Source of the DNA: Thraustochytrium aureum
Lineage: Eukaryota
Assembly (NCBI GenBank): GCA_012862495.1
Contig: BLSG01000088.1
Location: forward strand, 17,440 to 78,653
DNA: 61,214 bases
Direction of reading: 5' to 3'
Shown: positions 37,366 through 49,688 of the stretch, in pieces
Layout: each line of letters begins with the position of its first letter
Numbering within the stretch: the stretch's first letter is position 1
Translations under genes and position numbers: made by a program
Notes under the pieces: generated by a model
What the model saw: only the letters and a program-made list of their open reading frames with translations
The model's database searches: none
Told to the model about the DNA's origin: nothing

Positions 37366-40300
37366 TCAGTGGTCTGCAAACAAGTCGCGGTCCCCAGACC
37401 CGTGCACGAACAAGACCCTGTTGAGGCCTCGCGTCATGCGCTCGAGACTCGCCGCGTATGCGCTCGCCGCAGGTTCTCCAACGTCAGCAACACTGCTCGG
37501 TAGCGGCAAGTCGACGACCACCAGCTCAGTGGCCGCCGAGTGGGCAACTAAGAGTGCATTGAACCGCTCAAGAGCCTCCTCGCGCAAAGTCGCGGCATTG
37601 TTTGGGAGCGCCTTAGCCGCCGCCCAAGTTGCTGGTCTCGGCACTTGTGCGTCCAGAGCAGCCGCAGGGAAGAGCTGCGAAACTTTAGNNNNNNNNNNNN
37701 NNNNNNNNNNNNNNNNNNNNNNNNNNNNNNNNNNNNNNNNNNNNNNNNNNNNNNNNNNNNNNNNNNNNNNNNNNNNNNNNNNNNNNNNNNNNNNNNNNNN
37801 NNNNNNNNNNNNNNNNNNNNNNNNNNNNNNNNNNNNNNNNNNNNNNNNNNNNNNNNNNNNNNNNNNNNNNNNNNNNNNNNNNNNNNNNNNNNNNNNNNNN
37901 NNNNNNNNNNNNNNNNNNNNNNNNNNNNNNNNNNNNNNNNNNNNNNNNNNNNNNNNNNNNNNNNNNNNNNNNNNNNNNNNNNNNNNNNNNNNNNNNNNNN
38001 NNNNNNNNNNNNNNNNNNNNNNNNNNNNNNNNNNNNNNNNNNNNNNNNNNNNNNNNNNNNNNNNTTCGTCCGCGTCGTTGGCGGCAGGGGCAGAGCTTGC
38101 GCCCGGGATCGGCGCTTGCGCATCTTGTCTTGTGGCTCCGCCCTCAACGACTACCTCTAGCGGCGTTCGCGCTGATGGCTCCTGCCGTGCATGGCGGTAC
38201 TGGAGTGGAGCCAGGTCCTTGAGCACCAACACGGCCTTGTCTGCCAGGACGGCGTGGCCGACGAGCTCCGCGAGCCTTGCGTTCTGGAGCGACAGGAGGA
38301 CCAAATTGGGTCGGAGCTCGCCAAGTCCCACGGACTGCACCAGCATGAGGTACGCGTCGCCGACGGCGCTGGCAGCTGGCGCCACGGAAACATGCGGGAA
38401 CGCGCGCAAATTGGCCGCCATGCACAGAGAAAAGAGGCGGAGCTTGGCCGTCTCGCAGGCGTCCCGCCTGGCAGCGGCGGCGCCCACGAGGCCGAGTCCG
38501 CTTCGGGCTTGTTTGCTGGCCGCATTGTCGCTCGCCACGGCTATTGTGGCCACCATGGCGAGCTGGGGCAGCACGCCGCGCGTGCAGAGCTGCTCGGCCA
38601 GATGCAGCAGCTTGAGGTGCTGCTGCCCATCGTCGGCAGGGCCATCGACGCCGTCAAGAAGGCAGAGGACCTGCGGCTCCCAGTACATCACAGCGTCAAC
38701 CGCGTCGTGCCCATTCTGTTCTGACCCTGCAGGGGTGGTCCCAGGGGCCGGCGCCGGCGCCGCCTGGGCGGGCGCGCTCGGTGCGCCAGGCCGGCGCTTG
38801 ACCGAGTAGGCTACCTTGCCGCGCTTGCGAGCTTCGCCCAGGGCGGCGCGGTTGGTGATCATGTCGTCGGTGAGGAGAAAGTTGAGCGCCCGGCCTTGAT
38901 GAGCGCGCGTGTTGCGAGACCTTTGCGCCGCGGCTCTTCCACGACGCGAACCAGAAGCATCAGCAGCAACGCCGCAAGGAGCGTCGCGAAAGCCATGCCC
39001 CACTGAATGTAAAACATGAGAACCACAGTCGCGATCGCGCCAAACAGCGCCACGGACCAGTGGTAGTAGCGGAACGTGGGCCGCCACGAGGCGTGCTGCT
39101 GTGACTCGTTGATGAGCACGGCGCAGTGCATGGTCAGGTAGGCCTGCAAAAAGAGCATGGTGACCACTGTCGCGAGGGTCTCAAAGTACCGCGAGGTGAC
39201 GAACAGGAGGCCAAAGTTGATCAGGAGGCTGACCACAACCGCGTTGACAGGCTGCCCATTGCTGCGCGTCTTGTGGAGACCCAGGCGCTGAAGGAACGAG
39301 TAGAGCCCGTCCTCGGCGACGGCTTGCAGCACCGTTGGCCCGATCTCGAGCAGCTCGACGCACGCTCCAACGCCCACCAGGACGGTGCCGACAAGGCCAA
39401 TGTACTCTGTAGGCCAGGTCAGGTTGGAGAACAGCAAAAAGTCTACCTTGAGGACGTCGCGTTCTGCCACCGCGGCGAGCAAGGCGAACAACGCCGCGTA
39501 CACGACAAAGGACGTGAGGATGGCCAGCGTTGTGCCTTTGAGGATGCTCCGGTCTGGCGTGGCAAGTTCGGCGGCCTTGTTGCCACCCTGGAAGACGCCG
39601 AGAAACATTGGGAAGATAATGGAGAGCACTGCAGCCGGGTTTTCGATCTGGTTTTCGTCCACCATCTCGGCGTTGACGCCGTACAGGTCGCTGAGTTGTT
39701 CACGCGAGATGTTTGGCAGCGCAAAGTTGGGGAAAGCGTTGTCCAGAAACACCTGCGCGTTGAGCCCGGTCACGGCCGGGGCGTTGCCAAGCGTGCCACG
39801 CCAGTCCCCAATGGTGGCAAATAGGCCCGCGAAGCCGAAGACGTAGGAGAAAATGACGACGATGAGAATGAAGGCTGTTGCACCGTGCACAAAGCGCACG
39901 TCGATTGCGCGAACCGCGGCAAGGAGGATGAGCAGCGGCCCGCCGATCACGACCTGGTCCCAGTACGTTGAGCCTGTCATGCTGTCGCCCGGGTAGGTCG
40001 ACGACTGGGAGAGAATATAGTCGATGGCTTGCACGCTCCCGAGCAGCTCCACACTGGCGAGCGTGGTCATGCCAAGGTAGTAGAGCAGGCCGACAACGCC
40101 AGCGATCTCCCCGCCCAGGTTGCGCTTGAGGATCCCAAACGTTCCGCCGCGGTAGTTGCGCGAGTTGCTCATTACCGCGCACAGGGACAGAGTGGTGAGC
40201 ACTTGGACGCCGGCAGCAAGGGCCGTGAAGCCGAGCGCCATCACCCAGCCGGCGTACCCGACCACCACTCCAAATCTGATAAATATGAGGACTCCCCACA

Positions 40301-40556
40301 TGCTCGCTACGACCGGCAGATACACGCCCATGAACGTGCCTTGCTTGCTGCCGCCGTGGCCCGCATGTTTCTTCTCCGAGGCGGCGTTGCCGCGCTCTAC
40401 GTCATCGTCAACCCCTTTGCAGTTGAGAATGGTGTCGCTAGGGCTTGGTGCGTACTGGCCATGCATGGCGCCTCCCGTGACCAGATGCCGTGCCGAGGTG
40501 ATCTGAAAGAGCGCCTTGGCAATAGTCCCGCCTTGCTCGGCGTCAGCGGCTTCCAT
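37366..40556 (-). CDS. SLC12 / cation-chloride cotransporter family protein (frameshift ~38890-38930; internal gap)
   Basis: GTFMGVYLP...GVLIFIRF...VGYAG; TTLSLCAVMSN; LKRNLGGEIAGVVG; SILKGT; WRPTFRYYHW; C-terminal YWEPQVL, LVQSVGLGELRPNLVLL, LVVVDLPLP and MTRGLNRVLFVHG. Confidence 0.9.
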
Positions 40557-42109
40557 GTTGGACAGGCCTTCAAGCGCAAGGTCTCCCGCACGCCCCAGGC
40601 CGCTTCAGACTGGGCTGGTTCGCCGGCGGCGGGCTGAGCACCCAGAGGCGCGCCTTGGGACGGCTCTGCACCTCGATCTGCTGCAACTCGACTCCCGAGT
40701 TGGACGAGCGATTATTGCAAGGGAGCCGTTTGGTGTCTGCTGCTCGCACCTTTCTCTCAATGAACCAATCAACCAATCGAGCACCAGTCAGCCTCGAAAA
40801 GGATCCGAGTCGGCCGTCTGTCTGAGGGATTCAGTCGCTCGCGACCCTGGCCCGCCACCGGAAGCCGTCATGTCGTGCGTCGCAATGCTGTGCACTCCGT
40901 CCTGGAGCACTCTACGTGCTCATTGTACTTACTCTCTTGTACTTGGCCGAGAGCGAGCTGTGCAACCCACGCTGAATCGCGGCGCTCGTTCAGCCGCGTG
41001 TCGAGAGTGCCGCAAGGTCGATGCACGCCAGCGCGACCATGGATTGGTCGATTGGCAGCGACACGCATCGACCTTGCGGGGTGGGGCTCCACGCTCCTTT
41101 GCGCGCGCAGCGTGCGTGCCTGGCCTGGGTGGTTGGACGGAACGAGGCGTGCACGGAGTAGTAGAGAAAACTTCCGGAGCGGACGCCCAAAGCGACAATT
41201 CGGTGACGGCATCGCGCAGAGCGCCGCCGCCCGAGCATCCCAAGAGGATGCTGCTTTCCCCCGTTCATCGGCAGGCCGCGGCCTTCACCATCGTTCAAGG
41301 CGACCTGCCGGAACAAACAACGGAGCAGACAAACACCTTCAACTGATGATTGGAGTTGTGCAAGTGGTCAGCAGCGCCGCGTCCGCGTAAAGGCCCACCC
41401 GCGCGCCGCGCCGTGGCGATTCGCCAAGTGGGGCCGACGTGTCCCGTTTCAGGCAGCAGCCTTCTAAAGCACCATTGTTGGCTGGCCGTCCTACGCAGAG
41501 TTCCTCTTCACGCGGGCGTTCTCGGTGTTCCACGCCACGGACAACTCATGAACGAGAGCAGCGGCGACGAAACAGTGCTGCAGAGTCGCCGTGGCGTGGG
41601 AAATGAGCTGCAAGCGCCCACACGATCGATCGGAGAGTCAGGCGTGGCACGACCGTGGATCGGGCGACGGTGAAGCTGGATTAATTAATTAATCGGCCAA
41701 TGCCAGCGGCCATCCTTCAACTCTGCAGGCCGGTCGGGTCGGATCTCGCTACTACCCCAACCCAAGGGAGCTCAAACGACCGCGGCGGCGCCAGCTCCAG
41801 CACCTCGTTACGACCCGTGCACCCAGCCGAATCCAAGCCCTGACCTAGCAACATTGGACCTAACCTGCGAAAAGGAACGAAGAAGCGTTGTATAGCTTGC
41901 GTTGCTTGCGAGCGCACTTTGGAGCCCGAGTTGGCGCGGCCGCTCGCTCTCCTGCGGCGCTTCGCGGCAGGCTGTCCTGGCTGCCCCAGCGGCCCTCTTG
42001 CTTGCCTTCCTTCCTCGGCCACCATTGCTGGCGCGCGCTCGCTCGTTCGTTCGCTGGATCCTTGGGGTTTTTCGTTTCTTCTCGGGCCTCGTTGCTCGAT
42101 TGAGTTGGA

Positions 42110-42888
42110 ATGCGGGCATTAATGGCGATGGCCGTGTCGATGGCCACGACCGCGGCCTTCGCGACGGCGGCGGCCGGCGGGGAGCTGGCGGCGAATGTGG
42201 CCAGGAGGGCCGTTGAAGGCCAGGGGTTTCACAGGTGGCTGGTGACCGATGTGGAGCTTGCCGGGGCCGCTTCGGGGATGTGCGTGTTGGGCTTGCTCGA
42301 AGGGCTTGGACGCGAGGTGTACGTGGACTTTGATGAAGTGAAGGAGCTCGGTCGGCTCGGGGAGCGTGGCGTGCCTGATGTACTCGGGGTGGGCTTTGAA
42401 GGCGGGATTGACGTGGAGCGCCCCGCGGAAGCGTCTGAACCGCACCTCGTCGCCGTGGTCGTGCGCGACGTGGCCTTGGAGGAGGGCCGCGCGGCGACCG
42501 TGCGGATACGCGTTCCGGTGCATCTGCGGTACCAGGCGCCTCGCAAAGATGCTGAGTTTAGCGAGGCGCGCTTCGCGGCTCCGGTCGCGGTTGCCCTGGC
42601 TTGCCCCCGCCCAACGAGTCTAGCAGAGGCTGAGGCCAAAGGCGGCAGCGACCATGGCGACTTGCTTGGCAGGACTTTGGCGGGAGCGCTGGGCACCGGT
42701 TTTTTGGTGCGCTCGGTTCGCCTAGAGCCTGGAACAGCGGCTCTCGAGGTACAGGTGCCTGTTGGGAGGGTCGAAGACGATGCGCTGGTGACGACCGCCA
42801 CCGCAATGTGACTCTGGCCGGCGCCGCGTGGCTTTCATGGTTGCTGATCTCACTGCGCGAGAGCCCCGAAAGCGAGCACATCGAGTAG
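42110..42888 (+). CDS. PIGX: PIG-X/PBN1, GPI mannosyltransferase I subunit (frameshift at ~42808 in the C-terminal TM)
   Basis: Signal-like N-terminus; GQGFHR, EGLGREVYVD, IDVERPA, VPVHLRYQAP and LEVQVPVG. One added G gives ...VTTATAM-VTLAGAAWLSWLLISLRESPESEHIE* ending at 42888. Confidence 0.85.
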
Positions 42889-43400
42889 GCTGTCTAGGCA
42901 GCCTGCCTGTCTGCCTGCCTGTCTGCCTGTCTGTCTGTTTGTTGGTCGCAGTGTAGATACCAGGATTATAATGGAACAATGCATGCCGCCGGTGCCGACG
43001 CGAGGCCCAGTTGTCCTGCCTACGCGTTCCTTGACCGCGGGCTCCTTTCTTTGGGAAGTAGGGAGTACGAGTACGATTGGTTTTGTTTACGAAAAAAGGG
43101 ACAACATTGGAGGAAAACAGACAGGATCCTGAACGGCGAGGCGCCCAGCAACGCGCAGCCACGATGCACAATTAAAGGCACTGGCCAATCCGTAATAGTC
43201 AGGGAGCACAAACAAGGCCTGCGAAGTGGTCACGGTATGTCAGGGTGTCAAAGCAGAAGGGCACAGAAACTGAACGCCGCAGGGGCGCGCCGCGGCGAAT
43301 GGTCAAAGACAGGCAAGCGGGCGGGGCACGCACTGGCGGCACTGCTCGTTGCGCCAAGCGGAGCCCGGGGCGATCCGCTGTGCGCCACGCGAGGGCCGCT

Positions 43401-44547
43401 CTACGTCGCCCCACCCGCTGAAGCTGCGGTTTCCTGCGCTGCCGCCGCCGCCTGGTGAATCTCGAACGCGCCACCGCGGCGGCTGCTTAGACGCTTGAAC
43501 GTTTCTGTGATTCTGACACTCTTGCTAATACGCTTGGACGCGCGCTTGAGCTTGGACTCCTCCGGGCAGGCGGTGGCTGAGCCGGACGCCGACTCCGCGG
43601 CCGCGCCCTCTACTGCTGTCGGCGCGCCTACGGCGCCAGCGCTCGCCTCGGGAACGGGCGCGGTGCGGTTCCTGATGGACGCTCGCCTCGTTGGCTGGCC
43701 CGAGCTGCCTGCGTTTAACACCTCCTGAATCTTCTTGGTCATGGCATCAAAGTTCCAAGAGTGCCCCCCAGGCGGGGCGCTACCGTTGCTTCCGCGCGGG
43801 CCGTCAGGGGCGCGGAACCCGCTGTCGCCTGAAGATGAGGACGACGANNNNNNNNNNNNNNNNNNNNNNNNNNNNNNNNNNNNNNNNNNNNNNNNNNNNN
43901 NNNNNNNNNNNNNNNNNNNNNNNNNNNNNNNNNNNNNNNNNNNNNNNNNNNNNNNNNNNNNNNNNNNNNNNNNNNNNNNNNNNNNNNNNNNNNNNNNNNN
44001 NNNNNNNNNNNNNNNNNNNNNNNNNNNNNNNNNNCAGGTGCAGCGTGCTCGGATGGCTGAGGAGCATGAGCAGCTCGAAGGCGATCTCATCGCTGCCCTC
44101 GCGGATGGTTTGGATGCTCGCGGAGGGGTTGGGGCTTCCCTGCGTGCGGCCACCATAGTCATCGCTACCCTTTGAGGACATCGTGGACGACTCGACCTGC
44201 TCTGCGCGGCGGTTCATGCGTCGCAAGACGCCTCGGACTGCCATCCAAAGGGACCCGCACTGCTTGGGGAAGCGCCGCTTGAGTTCATCGTAGTCGTATG
44301 CCTTGAGGAACTCGCAGACGTTGTCAAAGTCGGCGCTGTCCCCGTGTTTGTTCTCGAGGGCGCGAAAGCTCTCGTCGTCGTTCGGGTCGCAGTGCCTGAA
44401 CCAGTCGAGGATGTCGCGGAGGCACTTTGTGGGCCCGACCTCGGCCAGCCGCCCGTGGTGCTCCGCCAGGAACCGCACGATCGACCTTGCCAGTTTCAAG
44501 TTGACCGACCTCCCCTCCCACGCGAACGACACCTCCACCAAGGACAT
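43401..44547 (-). CDS. Hypothetical protein, globular N-terminus and low-complexity C-terminus
   Basis: ATG at 44547 and coding-like sequence. Joining the flanks of gap 43848-44034 directly links HPSTLHL to a Ser run and GDSGF in frame, through to the stop at 43401. Confidence 0.7.
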
Positions 44548-44884
44548 CTTCCCGCCGCGGCCCTCGCTAACCAGGACCTAGCTCGCTCCTCGTCGGCGCA
44601 CCCCGTCGAGCCGCCGTGCGCACTGACGCCTGGATCGACCTGCGCCGCGGCGCGCGAGCCGGCAACCCACCGAGCAAGCAGCCGATCGACCAATCAGCCA
44701 AGCCAGGCAGACCGGGCGAGCGAGGCGCTGGGGATGCCGCCGGTCGCAGTCTGCTCTGCTCGATGCTCTGCTCAGTCAGTGGCGATGTTGCTGGTCGTTC
44801 GAGCGCTCGAGGCTGCTTTGCTTCCTGTTGCTGTCGCAGCAAAAAAACCAAACCAAAAATAAATAAATCATCTGTCGACAGGAC

Positions 44885-45172
44885 ACTCCCTCCTTCTCTC
44901 ACCCCTCTCACCCCTCTCTTCCCCCTCTCTCCCTCTCCGCCTCTCAGAGGCTCTCGTTCTCTCTCTCTTTATCACTCACTCACTCTACCGCGTTTTATTT
45001 CTGGTTTGTTATGAGGGGGAACATTTCCTGTCCCTCGTTTTCGTGGTTTTCGGTGGTTTTCGGTGGAGAGGTAGTTTATTTCTTTTCTTTCTTTGCTTTC
45101 TTTTATTTCTTTTCGTTTTCTTTTTATCTCCTTTTGTTTTACTTTTTATTTATTTTTTATTTCTTTTCGTTT
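44885..45172. repeat. Pyrimidine-rich low-complexity tract (CT-rich, then T-rich)
   Basis: CCCTCTC-type repeats followed by ~100 bp of TTTTC/TTTTA on the + strand. Confidence 0.85.
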
Positions 45173-47054
45173 CGGTCTCCCCGTGGCCACTCCTCTCTAC
45201 CTCACCCTTCCTCCTCCCGCGCCTCTGGTCACGCGCCGGGTTCTCCCTAGGGCCCTGCAGTGGCGCAGGGAGGGGGACCCGCTTGAGAGGCGAGGCTCCG
45301 CACACTGCGCGAGCGAACCGAGCGACTACACCCCACGGGGCTCTGCGGCGAGTCTCACCCCGGTTCCGTCGGACGGCCTTCTCCACTCTTAACGTAATAT
45401 CTACCGCTCTTGCCTAGTAGTAATACCGATGCGCTGGCGACAGTGTCCCGCACGGGCTTCAAGAGCCCCTCCCTGCAGGGGTCTTGACACCGCCACGCCC
45501 TCCCTGCCGCACTCCCTCCGAGATCTTCCCTCACGTGTAGCCAACACTCTGTTCCGTGCGTGTGGCGCACACCCTAGTACCACTGAAAGTCAAGAGCCTG
45601 CCTCGGGGGTCTGAGGAGCCTGTGTTTTTGTGCTTCGAATCACGGAGCGGCGTCGCATGCGCCCGCAGAGGAAGACGCGGAGACCACGCCGGCTCCGCGA
45701 AGCCCACGCTGCCCGTGAGACAGACATGAGACCGCCACAACCGCTCCAACTCTGGCACGAGGCCGTCCTGCCCGCTGGCAGCCCGAGCACGATGATCGNN
45801 NNNNNNNNNNNNNNNNNNNNNNNNNNNNNNNNNNNNNNNNNNNNNNNNNNNNNNNNNNNNNNNNNNNNNNNNNNNNNNNNNNNNNNNNNNNNNNNNNNNN
45901 NNNNNNNNNNNNNNNNNNNNNNNNNNNNNNNNNNNNNNNNNNNNNNNNNNNNNNNNNNNNNNNNNNNNNNNNNNNNNNNNNNNNNNNNNNNNNNNNNNNN
46001 NNNNNNNNNNNNNNNNNNNNNNNNNNNNNNNNNNNNNNNNNNNNNNNNNNNNTGTGCTACTCCACGAACGGTCTCCGCGGTTTTCGACCGGCAGCTCAAC
46101 TCGAACGCGAAGCGCAACACAAATCTGGTCCACGCACGTTCGAGAACAGCTCACGTCCCTCTTGGCGGCCGGCCGGCCGGGCGGAGAGGGCTGCGCCAGA
46201 TCGAGGTCGATCAGTTGCCGACCTCCTTGCCGACAGCCTCGTCAGCACAGCCAAAGACGAGCGGAGGCCTCCCACGATCAAGAACGATGTTGATCTTGCT
46301 CAAGTTGCTGTCCTTGAGTTGTTGTTCTCGCTCGACGTGCAGCTCGTGTTGCCGTCCCTCCGAGTCCTTGCTCGTTCTTCGCAGCGGCAAAAACTGGACG
46401 CGTGGACAGGCTCGCAAGCAGGCAGCAGCCCGAGACGCCTGCACGCCTGGCTCGCCGGCCGCCGCGTGCTCTGGAGTCTGTCATGAGTGAGAGACGCTGA
46501 TGCCGCCAGGAAGCGCTGCTGCGCTGCTGTGCAGGCAGTTCGTTCCCGGGCTCTCTCCTTCAACGACGAGGAAGAGCGGTATGATGATCGTGATGGTTTG
46601 GTTTGTGATTATTGTGCCTGCCAGTGGGAGTAGTCGGTCTGTGGCGCGCGCAGTGCCGCGCTCACGTCACATTGTTCGTTGCCAAGAAGCTCTCACGCTG
46701 TCGCTGTTGCCCGTGCAAGGTCGGATCTTCGTGTAGCCTGGCGTCCACCCCGCTCGCCGCCGCCGCGGACACCCGGCGCTGCTCCGGAGATGATCGCGAG
46801 CGACGGAGCGACGGAGCGACGGAGCGTTGATGCTGTTGCACGAGGGTCTGATGAGCCTGCTGGTCGCTCGGAGCGGCCCGGGCTGGGTATCACAAGCACG
46901 AGGAGGGCCAATCGCTTGGCCGAGCGGCTTGCTCGCGAGCGGTGGTACGGGACCTGGCAGCACGCGCAGGTCCGATTGGCCAACCCGAGCCAACAAAAGG
47001 TGTGCGGAGGACGGGAGACGCTTGTGCAGTTGCGCGCGAGACCACCGCGCCGGG

Positions 47055-48786
47055 TTATCGTGCGGCGCGGTAACTTCGTTCGAGAAGAACGAGCGCGCCA
47101 ACCCACGCCCATCGCGCGAAGAGGCGGACAGCTTCGCAAGCCTGAGCGTCGGCGCGGATTTCAACTTGAAGGTTTTCCCACGCTGGGTCTGCTGGTGGCC
47201 TGACGAGGTCTTGCACTTTTTGGAGCACTTTCAGGTAGTGGTCTGCGTCCAAGTCATCTCTGTGAAACGCAAAGATGCGAGCCCGCCAGTCGCCCCGCAG
47301 GAACCTCGCCGTGTTGTCGGGACCGCTGCGCAAAAGCATGTGCATTGGTGGGGTGCCCAAAAGCATTTGGATTGCACGGAACAGCTCGCTCACGCTGTCC
47401 ATCGCCGCCCCGCGTGAAATGATCGGTTCGAGCGCACTTGTCAGCAACTTGATGGAGCTCTTCAGTGACAGTCCCGAAGTGGTCGGCTGCTGAGAGGATG
47501 CGCCCCCCGTGTGGTCGCCAAGGGACGCGGTAGTTGAATCGGTCGCGCAGCGCCCTCATGGCTTGATCGCCCACGGTATCCACTTGCACGTCCAAGGCCT
47601 CCCGAATCTCGATTGCGCTGTTCTGCAACGTTGGGTCTGCGAGCAGGAATGGCAGCGCGTCATAGGCAACGCCAACGATTACAAGCCGATCTTGCAGCAT
47701 CGGTTCAACAACGGAGGAGGGAAACAGGAATCGGCGAATGATCGCGTCGAACCGCGTTGGATCGACCAAGTTGGTGCAATGAAATTCCCTCGCAACAGCC
47801 TCGAGACGAATCACGTCCTCGTGCCTGTTTCCGACAGCATTTTCCAGCGCCTCGAGTTCGCGTTCGATCGCTTCCAGCCTCGGATTTGGTGCCGCGACTG
47901 CGTCTGGCGCGTCCCGGCTCCTCCTAGCGCCGTCTCCAGTGCCACTTTCGGTGCCGGGTCGGGGCAGGGTCGTCGAACTGTCAACCTCACGTTCAGCAGT
48001 CGCGTTGTGATTCCCGTCGACGTTCGCTTGTGATTCCCTGGCTCGTACATCCAACGTATCCTGTGCATTGTGCGCGNNNNNNNNNNNNNNNNNNNNNNNN
48101 NNNNNNNNNNNNNNNNNNNNNNNNNNNNNNNNNNNNNNNNNNNNNNNNNNNNNNNNNNNNNNNNNNNNNNNNNNNNNNNNNNNNNNNNNNNNNNNNNNNN
48201 NNNNNNNNNNNNNNNNNNNNNNNNNNNNNNNNNNNNNNNNNNNNNNNNNNNNNNNNNNNNNNNNNNNNNNNNNNNNNNNNNNNNNNNNNNNNNNNNNNNN
48301 NNNNNNNNNNNNNNNNNNNNNNNNNNNNNNNNNNNNNNNNNNNNNNNNNNNNNNNNNNNNNNNNNNNNNNNNNNNNNNNNNNNNNNNNNNNNNNNNNNNN
48401 NNNNNNNNNNNNNNNNNNNNNNNNNNNNNNNNNNNNNNNNNNNNNNNNNNNNNNNNNNNNNNNNNNNNNNNNNNNNNNNNNNNNNNNNNNNNNNNNNNNN
48501 NNNNNNNNNNNNNNNNNNNNNNNNNNNNNNNNNNNNNNNNNNNNNNNNNNNNNNNNNNNNNNNNNNNNNNNNNNNNNNNNNNNNNNNNNNNNNNNNNNNN
48601 NNNNNNNNNNNNNNTTGTCCGAAACATCGCTTGAATTCGGTCGCGATTCGGCGGTTTGAGCGCCCTCAGCAGCACCGTTGCATTTCTGACGTTTTCTTTC
48701 CGGTTCGTTCGAACCTGCTGGCGAAGAGCCCACTGCGTCCTCGTTTTGATGAGTACGCCCGCCACCGTCGTCGTGCTGCTGGCCAT
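47055..48786 (-). CDS. Hypothetical protein, paralog of the 49689-52288 gene, with a C-terminal dynein-MTBD-like region (frameshift ~47440; gap; start uncertain)
   Basis: ORFs 47254-48921 and 47055-47447 joined; shares FLRG.WR.R..AF, L.VL..V.DL, ADP.W and LFARWA with its neighbour. Confidence 0.65.
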
Positions 48787-49688
48787 TTCTTCTTCCCCGT
48801 GTGTCCCGCATCGTGGGTGCCATAGCTCTCCACTGCAGCACCAACGATTGCTCTGGCGTGTGTTTGCTAGTGTGCTTGCTGTAGCGGAGGTCCACAACCG
48901 AGTATGCCTGCTGGCGTCCACAGACGTTCAGGGTCTGCTTGCTCATAAAGTTGGCCCTCGTTCAATCCACCCCCCCGCGCTCAGCGGCGTTCCATCTCAG
49001 CAAGCGCAGCGCACAGCTTGATGCTCGACCTTCGTGCAGCCATTTCATGCACATGCACCACTCGACAGCGTTGCGCGGAGGGTCCTTTAGCGAATCGATG
49101 GGCGCACAAAGACAACGTGGCTCGCGGCACGGCTGCCGGCGCGCTCACGCACCGAAGCGAAAGCCGGCTCCCTTGGATTGTGAACGGCTGGCAAACGCAA
49201 TTGCACCGCGGCAGCATGGAGACGACTCGCGATCCCATCGCGGCCAACCAACACAAAAAACAAAAAATATAATCCGTTACGCCGACTCACAAGTTGTATG
49301 AGGACACGAGCATCCATAGCTCTCCGAGCCGGAGGGAGGCTCATTGGTCGCGCGTGTACTGTCTGCGCGGACCACGTGTGAAAGCCCAAGTGGCTCTGCG
49401 CAGGGCGGATCACCTACCTTCTGGCGGGCATGCTTGCGCTCCCCCAGCCTGCCCGCGGCGTGGAGCTGTTATAAAATTCTTTCTGATGTTTTGTGAACGG
49501 AGAGGTGCGCATGGCCGCCGTGCGAGCAAACCTCTGGGCCAACGAGAGAAAATGAAACTTGAACGCAAAATAGAGTACGTAGGCCTCACAGGGCCGATGC
49601 CATGCGCGGTGCTTGACAAAGTCGATCACACCAGTTTACAATGAGACCAGTTGCGAGAAAAGCTCATCGAAAGCATCAAACTCCTCTG

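Noticed and set aside
46211..46444. 77-aa minus-strand ORF with a vaguely PH-like end
   Set aside because: Too short and weak to call.
46053..48921. Retrotransposon gag/pol remnant
   Set aside because: No CCHC, RT, integrase or LTR signal. The coding part is better explained as a paralog of the neighbouring gene.
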